This document shows, in pieces, positions 1 to 8,379 of a stretch of DNA of 58,092 bases (within the stretch, counting starts at the first letter, position 1; each line of letters starts with the position of its first letter). The DNA is from a virus. Lineage: Duplodnaviria > Caudoviricetes. Location: positions 1 through 58,092 of the IMG/VR virus record IMGVR_UViG_3300037045_000348; one strand, written 5' to 3'. The position numbers and the translations under genes are program-made. The notes under the pieces were generated by a model that worked only from the letters and a program-made list of their open reading frames with translations, was not told the origin of the DNA and did no database searches.

Positions 1-1146
1 TCATGTCGCTGCCTCCAATTGCGCCGCCTTCCCGAGCAGCACGGGTTCTCTTGCTCCGTGGTCCTCGCCCTTGGCCTTCCAATAGGCCACGAGCTTCTGA
101 GCGACCGTCTTCGCTTCTGACACCTCCGGAGCCCGAGCCCGCACGGAGGTTTCGACAATCTCCTCAAGCTTGACCACGATTGCGCCCCGCGCCAGCGCTT
201 CTGCGCGGTACAACTCCGCGCGATTCCGGGCGGCATCTCGATGCTCCGCTGCCACCGTCCAGCGCAGTCGGACCTCAGCGCCGGCGACGTCGGTCAGGCG
301 ATGGAGGCCGAATAGGGTGTTGTGCTCGGGGTCCCAAACGGCGTCTAGCAAAAGCATCGGGGTGGCAGGCGTTTCGACGAACTCCCACCCCCTCCGAACG
401 CTCACCCTGTTGTCGACCCTAATGGTATCCACAATCACGTAGCCCTTCGGGTCGACGTCCCCAAACTCAGTCCTTCGCGGGCTTCCGGGGTAGACGATGG
501 GCTCACGATCGTCCCACGCTTGATGGGCGTGGATGTGCCCAAGGGCCACGAAGTCAGCGCCCGCGAGCCCCAGGTCATCGAGGCCAAGTTCGAGATCGCA
601 TCCCACGAGCGGCTGACCTGCCGTCGTCCGACTCCCCCGCACCATGGCATGGGTAAGCAGGATTCGGGGACCGTCGTGCTGTTCGAGCTGCTGACGGAAC
701 CCGAGCAGGATAGACCGCAGAGCATCGCGTGCGGCGTTCTCGCTTACCTCGTGGGACGCGTGCCCCATCCTCGCCATCAACTCAGCCTTTCGGGGCCATG
801 CGAGGCACGCGACGGCGCACCCTGCGACGTAGCGCACGCACGCCTTTTCCTCGGCAAAGATCGGGTACTTGCTCCCCAGCTTGCCCATGAGCTCGATGTC
901 GCCAAGCGCGTCATGGTTTCCGCGCACGATGACCACCGGAGCTTGCTGCGCCACATCCGCAAGCCATTCGGCCACCTTGAGCCGTTCCGTGGGAGTGCTC
1001 TTCGCGTCGAACAGATCTCCGCTGTGCAGGACCAGATCGACACCGCGCGCGGCAATGTCTCCCTGGATCCACTCGTGGATGCGGCAGGTCTCTTCCCAGC
1101 GCGAGCGCTCGCAAAAGTGACTGTCGGCGATGATTGCGATTCTCAT
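1..1146 (-). CDS. sbcD: SbcD/Mre11-like metallophosphoesterase exonuclease
   Basis: Motifs IADSH, HSGDLFD, RGNHD, THAM, LGHIH, YPGSP; ATG overlaps the stop of the upstream ORF (ATGA 1143-1146). Confidence 0.9.
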   Translation of the reverse strand: MRIAIIADSHFCERSRWEETCRIHEWIQGDIAARGVDLVLHSGDLFDAKSTPTERLKVAEWLADVAQQAPVVIVRGNHDALGDIELMGKLGSKYPIFAEEKACVRYVAGCAVACLAWPRKAELMARMGHASHEVSENAARDALRSILLGFRQQLEQHDGPRILLTHAMVRGSRTTAGQPLVGCDLELGLDDLGLAGADFVALGHIHAHQAWDDREPIVYPGSPRRTEFGDVDPKGYVIVDTIRVDNRVSVRRGWEFVETPATPMLLLDAVWDPEHNTLFGLHRLTDVAGAEVRLRWTVAAEHRDAARNRAELYRAEALARGAIVVKLEEIVETSVRARAPEVSEAKTVAQKLVAYWKAKGEDHGAREPVLLGKAAQLEAAT

Positions 1147-1337
1147 GAGTCCTTGCCTCCAAGGGCGTTGCGGTAAACGCTTGCGGCCTTGTTGTGGACG
1201 TCGATAAGAACGCCTAGCGCTTTCGCGTACTCGGTGGACTTGTCCGAAAGTAGGTTGTAGGCCTCGATCGCTGCGTCGAGTTGTTTGGCCTCTCGCCGAT
1301 ACCCTTCTTGCAACGATGCTTCTAGTATGCGGTTCAT
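1143..1337 (-). CDS. Hypothetical 64-aa helical protein
   Basis: Strong SD AGGAGGA at 1341-1347; stop coupled to the sbcD start. Confidence 0.75.
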   Translation of the reverse strand: MNRILEASLQEGYRREAKQLDAAIEAYNLLSDKSTEYAKALGVLIDVHNKAASVYRNALGGKDS

Positions 1338-1347
1338 TTTTCCTCCT

Positions 1348-1421
1348 TGGTGGAGCGCCCCGGAGTCGAACCGGGATCAGGCCTTTCGGCGGGTACTTCT
1401 GCAGCCGGATACCTGCGCCCC
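1348..1421 (-). ncRNA. tRNA-like RNA with Ala acceptor identity (G3-U70, A73, CCA) and no canonical anticodon arm
   Basis: Acceptor GGGGCGC/GCGCTCC followed by A-CCA; perfect T arm CCCGG-TTCGACT-CCGGG; stem GGTAT/GTACC; hairpin GCC-GAAA-GGC. Confidence 0.75.
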
Positions 1422-1424
1422 AGG

Positions 1425-1450
1425 GCCCCGTCGAGCAGAGACGGGGCTTT
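1425..1450. other. GC-rich hairpin just 5' of the tRNA-like RNA (terminator-like on the + strand)
   Basis: GCCCCGTC-gagcaga-GACGGGGC followed by TTT. Confidence 0.5.
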
Positions 1451-1715
1451 CGGGTCGGGACCATGGGCCAGTCAGCGGACACCACGCGATACAGACACCC
1501 CGCGGCATCGGATTGCCAAAGCTCGACGGGACCCTTCGCGATCACGTGGTCATCGTCGACCAGTTCGGCGCACCATCCTCCATCCGTGCGCAGGATTCGA
1601 ACGGTCGCATACTTCCCGTGTGGATGAAAGCAAGCCGAGGTGATTTCGTCGCAGATGTCGGCCACCGCCTTGGGACTGGATTTGTCCTGAGTCATGCCTT
1701 CTCCTCGCCCCCAGG

Positions 1716-2855
1716 TCAGAAGTTGTCCGGGTCGTCACCCCGGGAATCGTACCCATCGCCCACGGGAGCATGGGCAGGCTCGGAGCCGCTACGGCTCGCA
1801 ATGATGGCCCGCGCTTCGTCGCAAAGTGCGGCGTTCTTCGCCTGCCACTCCGGCTTGCCGGGGTTCTTCTCGTAGTAGGAAATGAGCCTCTCCAAGTGCT
1901 CGCCACCGACGTTCAAAAGGTCGTCTCCCTTCTCCGGGTCGCCTTCCTTCTTCGCCGCCCACGGCCAGACGCCTCCCGAGCTGGATTGCTGTCGAGGGGA
2001 GGATTCGCGCTTCGGGGGAGGTTGACGTGCGGGCAATTGCGGAGCCGCATCCCCATCGTCCTCATCGTCGTAGTCCACCACGGCTGCCATGACCGGAGGC
2101 GCGGGAGACGCGGCAGGAAGGGCAACCTGGGGGCCGGGCGTACCGTAGAGCGCGCGCATGCCGCCCATCATCGCTGCAGCCCTCATCCTGAACGCTTCTG
2201 CTCGCAAGACCGGATCGTCTGTCGCGCCCGTCCACATGAGCTTGGCGACCACGAAGGGTTTCCCCAGTTCCTCCCGCGTGTACGCCGTCCTGATTCCGAG
2301 GGAGCGAATCGCCCGCAGCCTCGCCTTGGTCTCCGCGTGCGCCGCGATGTGTAGGCGCATCTCCCGGATCTGGTTGTCTGCCGCCCGGTTCTTCGCAGCC
2401 GCGCGTTGCTCGAGCGCTTCGACCTGGGGGGAATTGGGCCTCAAGTCCATCTCCTTCGTGCCCATGATCTGAACCTCGGTGCCGTCGAAGTGCCGATAGG
2501 TCCCGACGGCGAGCCACGAGCAATACCGAGGGTCCCGCCCGTCATCGAGACGACGAGACTGGTGCGCATCCCAGGTCACGCCGGCGGCGGCGGCGACCCG
2601 ATCCAGCGCGCTCTTGCCCAGCCCGAACTTGCCCATCCCCACGTCGTAGACTTCTCCGTTGCGCGGGTCCGGGTCGATCTGGATCTGCGAGATTGCCACC
2701 TCGCAGCCTTCGGGGACGGAGGCGATCGCTGTGGCCGGGGCGACCAGGTGATACTTCTCCGAAGCCGTCGAAAGGTGCTGTGTGATCTTCGCGGCGTCTC
2801 GCTGGTAGCCCGTCGCGATGCCCGTTTCCTGCCGTCTTGCCAGTGCCTGTCCCAT
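1716..2855 (-). CDS. Putative single-strand annealing/recombination protein
   Basis: SD GGAGGA; conserved-looking AETKARLRAIRSLG..YTREELGKPFVV core, acidic/Pro-rich tail, near sbcD. Function inferred from context. Confidence 0.5.
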   Translation of the reverse strand: MGQALARRQETGIATGYQRDAAKITQHLSTASEKYHLVAPATAIASVPEGCEVAISQIQIDPDPRNGEVYDVGMGKFGLGKSALDRVAAAAGVTWDAHQSRRLDDGRDPRYCSWLAVGTYRHFDGTEVQIMGTKEMDLRPNSPQVEALEQRAAAKNRAADNQIREMRLHIAAHAETKARLRAIRSLGIRTAYTREELGKPFVVAKLMWTGATDDPVLRAEAFRMRAAAMMGGMRALYGTPGPQVALPAASPAPPVMAAVVDYDDEDDGDAAPQLPARQPPPKRESSPRQQSSSGGVWPWAAKKEGDPEKGDDLLNVGGEHLERLISYYEKNPGKPEWQAKNAALCDEARAIIASRSGSEPAHAPVGDGYDSRGDDPDNF

Positions 2856-2866
2856 GTCGTTCCTCC

Positions 2867-3040
2867 TCAGTTCACAACCGTCGTTTGCAGTTCCTCTTTC
2901 GCCCGCTCCAACCATTCGAGCTGGCGGGTATCCCCCGTCCGAATCGCCCGACACGCGGCCCGGCGTCTCGCCCTCTCCCACGCGAGCCATATGCTTCGCG
3001 CTGGTGGGCAGTACCGATTGATTACGCCTCCGACTTGCAT
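2867..3040 (-). CDS. Hypothetical 57-aa protein (MQVGGVINRY...), below the ORF-track cutoff
   Basis: SD GGAGG before ATG; fills the gap in the operon. Confidence 0.5.
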   Translation of the reverse strand: MQVGGVINRYCPPARSIWLAWERARRRAACRAIRTGDTRQLEWLERAKEELQTTVVN

Positions 3041-3168
3041 AGCGCCTCCAGTGCAGCTTCCACGGCCGCGTCGTCGCCATCGGCCAGCATGTCGACCAGG
3101 GTGCCAAGGCCAAGAGACAGCAGGGCCTCACGCATCACACACAACCTCTCAAATGCCTCCACACTCAT
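3022..3168 (-). CDS. Hypothetical 48-aa acidic protein
   Basis: SD GGAGGAG before ATG 3168. Confidence 0.55.
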   Translation of the reverse strand: MSVEAFERLCVMREALLSLGLGTLVDMLADGDDAAVEAALEALCKSEA

Positions 3169-3182
3169 GACTCCTCCTTCGC

Positions 3183-3362
3183 TCAGATCCCAAGGTCGGA
3201 CCACGACGAGGCCGGAGGAGGAACACTCCCCGTCGCGGGCCGGTCTTGGGATTCGAGCGCTTCGCGCATCTGTTCGACGCGGGTCCGGTGAACTGCAAGC
3301 CACTCAAGCGGCGTCGAGTACTTCATCATGCTGGCAAACATCAATTCGGCGTAGTCGATCAT
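3183..3362 (-). CDS. Hypothetical 59-aa protein (MIDYAELMFA...)
   Basis: ATG directly follows the stop of the DUF6884 gene; fills the gap. Confidence 0.5.
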   Translation of the reverse strand: MIDYAELMFASMMKYSTPLEWLAVHRTRVEQMREALESQDRPATGSVPPPASSWSDLGI

Positions 3363-3818
3363 CTACGCTCCCAACTCCTGCCCCGCGGCGAGGGCCTTGT
3401 AGAGCACCCCGATGGACACCGCGGCAGCACGCCCGCGCATTCCGTGGTTCTCTCGACAAACCCGCAGGGCGCGAATGTAGCTCTCTACGTAGGGGAAGCT
3501 CTGCAGGGGCGCCATGTACGCGGCCCCCAAGATCGTCGTGAAGATCGTGTCCCGATCGTACCGGCGCATGAGCTCATCCCGACATCGGTCGACCCATGCC
3601 TGGCGCTCAGTAGGGGCGAGCGCGTCGAGGCGGAGGTCGTAGGGCTCGATTACCGTATCGGGGTCCACCACGCCGTACTTCGCGGAGAGGATGACCCACG
3701 GCATCCTCTTGTCCATCCACGCTGCGGCCGCCCGAAACGTCCGCGAGCAGTAGATCTCGCGGGCCGGGGCAGGCCGGTCCAGCTTGGTTTTCGAGCAGCC
3801 GATGATTCCGACTCTCAT
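3363..3818 (-). CDS. DUF6884-family (YaaA-like) protein
   Basis: GCSKTK..PAREIY.S..F...ILSAKYG..P...IEPYD signature. Confidence 0.75.
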   Translation of the reverse strand: MRVGIIGCSKTKLDRPAPAREIYCSRTFRAAAAWMDKRMPWVILSAKYGVVDPDTVIEPYDLRLDALAPTERQAWVDRCRDELMRRYDRDTIFTTILGAAYMAPLQSFPYVESYIRALRVCRENHGMRGRAAAVSIGVLYKALAAGQELGA

Positions 3819-3967
3819 GACACCGGCTCCTTGCCGTACGGGTAGACCCTCCCAGCCAGGCGTTTCGCCTCGCGCAACGCGGCATGTTTCGTGCGATACA
3901 ACTCATGCACAGTGCGCCCTTGCGCGTCCCGGTAAACCACTGTCCAGCGGAATTCGTTCGCCCTCAT
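3815..3967 (-). CDS. Hypothetical 50-aa protein
   Basis: ATGA-coupled at both ends. Confidence 0.55.
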   Translation of the reverse strand: MRANEFRWTVVYRDAQGRTVHELYRTKHAALREAKRLAGRVYPYGKEPVS

Positions 3968-4197
3968 GCCACCCTCCGCATCAAAGCCCGCACGGCCAGG
4001 TCCGGATCCCGCGGGTCCAGCTCGCTCTCGTCCCACTCGCCGGATTGGATCGTGACAGCGCGTGTCGACCCACAAGGGCAATTGGCCAGCTCGATAACCT
4101 CACCCCACTCGAACGTCTGCCGGCCGATGCAGCGCAGAAACAGCCACGTGAGAGCGGTGTAGGCGCGACCGCAGGAGCAGAGGACGATAGGGTTCAT
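3964..4197 (-). CDS. Hypothetical Cys-containing protein
   Basis: CSCG and CPCG motifs; translationally coupled. Confidence 0.6.
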   Translation of the reverse strand: MNPIVLCSCGRAYTALTWLFLRCIGRQTFEWGEVIELANCPCGSTRAVTIQSGEWDESELDPRDPDLAVRALMRRVA

Positions 4198-5006
4198 GCT
4201 GCCTCCGAGCGCAGGCGCTTGCCACCCGCGACCTGGTTCAGTCGGGCCAGTAGGTCGAGCCGGCGAAAAGCAAGGTGTGCGTTTCCGTTCCCAAACACCC
4301 GGAACTCGAAAAGGTCCGTCTTGCCACGGCCAACCTCACGCGGACACGCCTCAATTGCCCGCTGCAATGCGCTGTAATGGTCCTTTGCGATCTGGCCCTT
4401 GCCGTCGAGCCCATAGAACACGTTTTCCAGCGCGATGAGCTTTTGCGCGGTGTAATAATGGACGCGAAACTGTCCCGGGGCCCACCGCTTGTCCACGGGG
4501 TCCACAATCCCAGTCAGGACGACACGACGCGGAATCTCGTATTGGCTGTTGGTCTTGTAGCGATCGCTGCGGGGGCGAAGCCAATCATGAACTTCGCGCA
4601 CCGCTTCCTCGAACATCGTAGGCAAGTCGGCGGCCCATTTGGCGACGAACGCTGTAACCGATTGCTCGGTAATGGAAGGCAAGTCGATGCCGTCTCGAAT
4701 CTGGCGTTCGAGTTTCCCCCATCGCTCGATCGACATGGCGCGGCGGAGCTCAAGGCGGTCAACGATTGCTTCCCACGCGTCGCGCGCCATGCGACCAACC
4801 GCGGCGTCAGGGTCGTCGAATCGGCTCCCCCAGTGGTCGGAGGCTGAGATGGTGATTTTGCGGTAGTCGCCGAAGCCAAAGGCTAGATTCACGTCATGCT
4901 GTGCCTGCGTCAACGCGGCGAAGCTGAGCCGCACCTGAGCCTCGGCTCGCTGGAAAGCGGCTACCAACTCAGTCACGGTGGCGCGGCGGGCAAGATCGGC
5001 GCTCAC
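4194..5006 (-). CDS. DUF4942-domain protein
   Basis: C-terminal FEFRVFGNGNAHLAF..DLL.RLN motif; GTG start overlaps the upstream stop. Confidence 0.75.
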   Translation of the reverse strand: MSADLARRATVTELVAAFQRAEAQVRLSFAALTQAQHDVNLAFGFGDYRKITISASDHWGSRFDDPDAAVGRMARDAWEAIVDRLELRRAMSIERWGKLERQIRDGIDLPSITEQSVTAFVAKWAADLPTMFEEAVREVHDWLRPRSDRYKTNSQYEIPRRVVLTGIVDPVDKRWAPGQFRVHYYTAQKLIALENVFYGLDGKGQIAKDHYSALQRAIEACPREVGRGKTDLFEFRVFGNGNAHLAFRRLDLLARLNQVAGGKRLRSEAA

Positions 5007-5374
5007 GCTGCCGCCCCCTTCTGATGGGCCGCAACGCACCGTTGGCACGCGCTACCAGGCTCGTTTCTCCCGTGCTTGCAGGCCTCGCAGTCGGGCTCCT
5101 GGCGCTCCCGGAGGGCCCGAAGCGTCACCTGGCGGACCGCCATGGCCTTGTCTCCCCCGAGGACGGGCACCGATGCCACCACCTGCCCGCCCACGTAGAC
5201 CACGGCGCGGCCGTTCGAGATGGCGACGCCTGGATGGTGCAGAACGGCGGACAGTGCCTCCTGAGCCGCGTTGAGCGCCTGCGTGACAACGTCGTTTGGG
5301 AGCTTCCGCCCACAGCTCGGGCAGCCGGCAGGCTGCGACGTGCCTTTCCCCCCACAGAGGCAACAGGGACTCAT
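5003..5374 (-). CDS. Hypothetical protein with CxxC pairs
   Basis: Coupled start/stop; several CxxC motifs. Confidence 0.55.
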   Translation of the reverse strand: MSPCCLCGGKGTSQPAGCPSCGRKLPNDVVTQALNAAQEALSAVLHHPGVAISNGRAVVYVGGQVVASVPVLGGDKAMAVRQVTLRALRERQEPDCEACKHGRNEPGSACQRCVAAHQKGAAA

Positions 5375-5613
5375 GCTGCCACCTCCAAGCTTGCCCACCA
5401 CTTGCTATCTTCCACCATGCGCTCAAGAGCCTCTGAGCGGTCGGTGGAGACGCCGATCGCCAGGGAGTCCCTCTGTCCCGTCGACGTGACGCGGGCAACG
5501 TAGACGTGCAGGTCACGCCGCCATTCCCGGCAGACGGTGACCACTGGCGGGGTGTCGGACAGGTGGTCGGGCAGCGCCCGAAGCGCTTCCAGCTTCGCCT
5601 GGGGAAGGTTCAT
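5371..5613 (-). CDS. Hypothetical protein
   Basis: Coupled ORF in the leftward operon. Confidence 0.55.
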   Translation of the reverse strand: MNLPQAKLEALRALPDHLSDTPPVVTVCREWRRDLHVYVARVTSTGQRDSLAIGVSTDRSEALERMVEDSKWWASLEVAA

Positions 5614-5825
5614 GCCGCCACCTCTTCCCAGGTCCCGCCGACTTCCGCGGCGCGCGCCTTGGCGAGGTCCGCAGTGTGGGCCTTGCCGATGACCTTGCCG
5701 CGAGCGAGGCGGACCAGGAAGGTCTTCTCGCTGGCCCGTGCAAGGCGACCCGTGCGCGTCTCGGTGGGGCGCATGCCCTCGCAGGAGAAGTCCAGGTCCG
5801 AAGAGTCGATTTCGCGTGTCAGCAT
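5610..5825 (-). CDS. Hypothetical protein, first gene of the leftward early operon
   Basis: SD AGGAGGA; lies downstream of a sigma70-like promoter. Confidence 0.65.
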   Translation of the reverse strand: MLTREIDSSDLDFSCEGMRPTETRTGRLARASEKTFLVRLARGKVIGKAHTADLAKARAAEVGGTWEEVAA

Positions 5826-5843
5826 GGTTCGTTCCTCCTGATG

Positions 5844-5897
5844 CTCACTATAGCGATAGCGAGGAACGAGTCAAGGGTTTGTTATCGTTTTTGTGAT
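5844..5897. promoter_or_regulatory. Two operator-like imperfect palindromes (OL-like)
   Basis: CTCAC-TATA-GCGAT (5844-5857) and ATCGT-TTTT-GTGAT (5884-5897) match ATCGC-N4-GCGAT. Confidence 0.6.
5847..5874 (-). promoter_or_regulatory. Leftward early promoter (PL-like)
   Basis: TTGACT-16nt-TATAGT on the minus strand. Confidence 0.7.
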
Positions 5898-5979
5898 AGA
5901 CTTGCGCACACTGTGCGTTCGACAATTCTCAACCTGAGACTTGACCCCGTTCTGTTTCTTTTGAAGCGAATCTGGAAAA

Positions 5980-6672
5980 GTGGATCTGCTACGAGAATGG
6001 AGCGAGCATCCGTCCATGACGTGGCAGCAGATCGAAGGCGAAGCCGAGTATGTGCTGCGGTTGGCAGCGCTGGACGACTTCGTTCGGGTCCCTGTTCGCC
6101 CAGCGGTCGAGGCGGTCTTGGGACCAGGGTCGCTTCGCCTCGTGTCCAGGCGCGAGCTACGAGTTGGAGCGGTGGCCGAGCTCGGCACGGACAACGGAAG
6201 GACAGTGATCCGAGTGGCTCACGGGTTACCGATCGCCGCGGGTCGGTTCGCCGCGGCGCACGAGCTCGGGCATGCGGTGCTCGAGCACGAGCGACGGAGG
6301 GACGACCAGATCGAGGCGGAGGCTGACCGGTTCGCCGCTGCCATGCTCATGCCATGGCGCGCGTTTCACTGTCTGCGTGCCGAGGTTGGAGACGACCTCG
6401 AGGGGCTGGCCGACGTCTTTCTTGTCACGCAGACCGCGGTGGCGCTCCGCCTGGGGGAGGTTGGCGAGGTGGCAGCATCCATCGTGGTTGCCCCGGGATG
6501 TGTTCGTGCTCGCTCGCTGGAGGAGATCGTGCTTCCGACGGAGGAGGACCTTCGATGGCTCGCTCGCGCGTCTGATGAGGAGCTCGAGCGGGTCGGGCCT
6601 GGGATCAAGAAGGCTACGCTGACAGATGACCCTCGGCGCGTCGCGCTGGTGTTGAAGAACGAAGCCGGATGA
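5980..6672 (+). CDS. immA: ImmA/IrrE-family Zn metallopeptidase (anti-repressor); start may be ATG 6016
   Basis: RFAAAHELGH...EAEADRFAAAMLMP motif. Confidence 0.85.
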   Translation: MDLLREWSEHPSMTWQQIEGEAEYVLRLAALDDFVRVPVRPAVEAVLGPGSLRLVSRRELRVGAVAELGTDNGRTVIRVAHGLPIAAGRFAAAHELGHAVLEHERRRDDQIEAEADRFAAAMLMPWRAFHCLRAEVGDDLEGLADVFLVTQTAVALRLGEVGEVAASIVVAPGCVRARSLEEIVLPTEEDLRWLARASDEELERVGPGIKKATLTDDPRRVALVLKNEAG

Positions 6673-6685
6673 GAAGAGGTGACGG

Positions 6686-7762
6686 ATGACGTACATGGAG
6701 AAGATCAAGGTGCTGGCGGACAGGGCCCCGAAGATGCTCGGACATCTGCAGACGGAGGAGGCCACGAAGAACGCGCTCGTCATGCCGTTCATTGCCGCGC
6801 TCGGCTACGACGTCTTTGACCCGACGGAGGTGGTCCCAGAATTCACGGCGGACGTCGGAACAAAGAAGGGAGAGAAGGTCGACTACGCAATCAAGCGTGG
6901 CTCCGAGATAGTGATTCTTGTCGAGGCCAAGACAGCCGGTGGACAACTGTGCGACACCCATATGAGCCAACTGTACCGGTACTTTTCGGTCACCAACGCC
7001 AGGATTGCCCTTCTGACAAACGGTTTCGTGTATCGGTTCTTTTCTGACCTCGACGAGCCCAACAAGATGGACTCCAAGCCCTTCTTGGAGGTTGATTTGC
7101 GGGACCTGAGGGAAGAGCTACTACTTGAACTGAAGAAGCTAACCAAGGAGGCTTTTGATCTCGAGACGATGCTGGCGACAGCAAACGATTTGAAGTACCT
7201 GCGGGAGATCCGTCGCGTGTTGGACAGCGAACTGAAGGAACCGAGCGAAGAGTTCGTTCGCTTCTTTTTTGCTCGAGCAAATCCAACTGGACGGTTTACA
7301 CAGTCGGCCCGAGAGCAGTTCTCTCCCCTGGTCGGGCAGGCCCTCAACCAGTTCGTGGCCGACAAGGTGTCCGAGCGACTTCGTGCCGCGCTCGAGAGGC
7401 CCAAGGCTCCCGAGCCTCCTGATGCACCGTTGCCAGAAGACGAAGACCGAATCGTTACCACCGAAGAAGAGCTTGAGGGATTCCGGGTCGTGAAAGCGAT
7501 CTGTTGTGGCGTCTTGCCCGCCGGTCGCATCACATTCCGGGACACGAAGAGCTACTTCGGCGTGCTTTGCGACGACAACAACCGCAAGCCCATCTGTAGG
7601 CTACACTTCAACCGTACCCAGAAGTACATCGGCCTATTCGACGAGGCCAAGGCCGAAACAAGGCACGCGCTCGCGTCAACCGACGACATCTACGCTTTCT
7701 CGGAGCAGCTCAGGGAGGCGGCGGGTCGCTACGCTGCCCAGCCGGTTTCCTCGGAGGAGTAA
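6686..7762 (+). CDS. Stand-alone HsdR N-terminal-domain PD-(D/E)XK nuclease
   Basis: TEEATKNALVMPF, KVDYAI...LVEAK, QLYRYF, LLTNG motifs; no helicase domain. Confidence 0.85.
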   Translation: MTYMEKIKVLADRAPKMLGHLQTEEATKNALVMPFIAALGYDVFDPTEVVPEFTADVGTKKGEKVDYAIKRGSEIVILVEAKTAGGQLCDTHMSQLYRYFSVTNARIALLTNGFVYRFFSDLDEPNKMDSKPFLEVDLRDLREELLLELKKLTKEAFDLETMLATANDLKYLREIRRVLDSELKEPSEEFVRFFFARANPTGRFTQSAREQFSPLVGQALNQFVADKVSERLRAALERPKAPEPPDAPLPEDEDRIVTTEEELEGFRVVKAICCGVLPAGRITFRDTKSYFGVLCDDNNRKPICRLHFNRTQKYIGLFDEAKAETRHALASTDDIYAFSEQLREAAGRYAAQPVSSEE

Positions 7763-7763
7763 C

Positions 7764-8285
7764 TTACCTTCGACCCGGCGGATCCAGATCGTCGCCCGCG
7801 TCCACCTCCCCGCGAAGGCGCTTCGCTTCCGCCTCCCCCACCGACGCCTCGAACTGCAGAGCGTTCTGGGCCGCCACGAGCTGTTCGAGGAGTTGCTTCG
7901 CTGGCATCCTTGTCCCGCCTTTGCAAAGCGCCATCGCGCGGTCGACGGCTTCCTGCTGCACGCCAAGCCACTTGGTTGCGAACGCGATCGTGTCATTTGT
8001 CTCGTCATCGTCGGCAAGGTGCGTCGGGACCGACAGTGACTGCTCGCCACGAATGACGTCGTCGATCGTCCAGCCAAGGTAGCTCGCGAGACCGTTGAGA
8101 ACCCGCACGCCTGCGCCTCTCCGTGGCGGGTCGGAGATGAATTCGTAGAGCATCGACTGGGATACTCCAAGAGCGCGCGCTGCGGCCGACGTGTTGTCCT
8201 CGAACCGTTCCTTGACAACCTTGCGCGCAAGCGACCGGACCGCAGCGTTCTGTGCCTTCTCGAGGGACTTGGTCTTTCCCGCCAT
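7764..8285 (-). CDS. cI: CI-like HTH repressor without an S24 autoprotease domain
   Basis: HTH NTSAAARALGVSQSMLYEF; divergent from the cro-like gene. Confidence 0.7.
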   Translation of the reverse strand: MAGKTKSLEKAQNAAVRSLARKVVKERFEDNTSAAARALGVSQSMLYEFISDPPRRGAGVRVLNGLASYLGWTIDDVIRGEQSLSVPTHLADDDETNDTIAFATKWLGVQQEAVDRAMALCKGGTRMPAKQLLEQLVAAQNALQFEASVGEAEAKRLRGEVDAGDDLDPPGRR

Positions 8286-8314
8286 TTCGCAGCGCATCGT
8301 ACCACCTCGAAGGA

Positions 8315-8379
8315 ATCGCCTTTGCGATAGACATGGTCCACTTGACACGCGGCCAGATCATTGCTATCGCAATAGTGAG
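8315..8379. promoter_or_regulatory. OR-like operators and rightward promoter
   Basis: ATCGC-CTTT-GCGAT (8315-8328), ATCGC-AATA-GTGAG (8366-8379), TTGACA at 8342-8347. Confidence 0.65.

Noticed and set aside
1348-1421. Canonical tRNA-Ala gene or full tmRNA
   Set aside because: There is no 5-bp stem with a 7-nt anticodon loop and no U8, and the element is far too short to hold a tmRNA tag region
2861-2930. Hammerhead ribozyme suggested by CTGAGGA and GAAA on the minus strand
   Set aside because: The required stems and cleavage triplet do not form; the region is better explained by a 57-aa ORF and an SD
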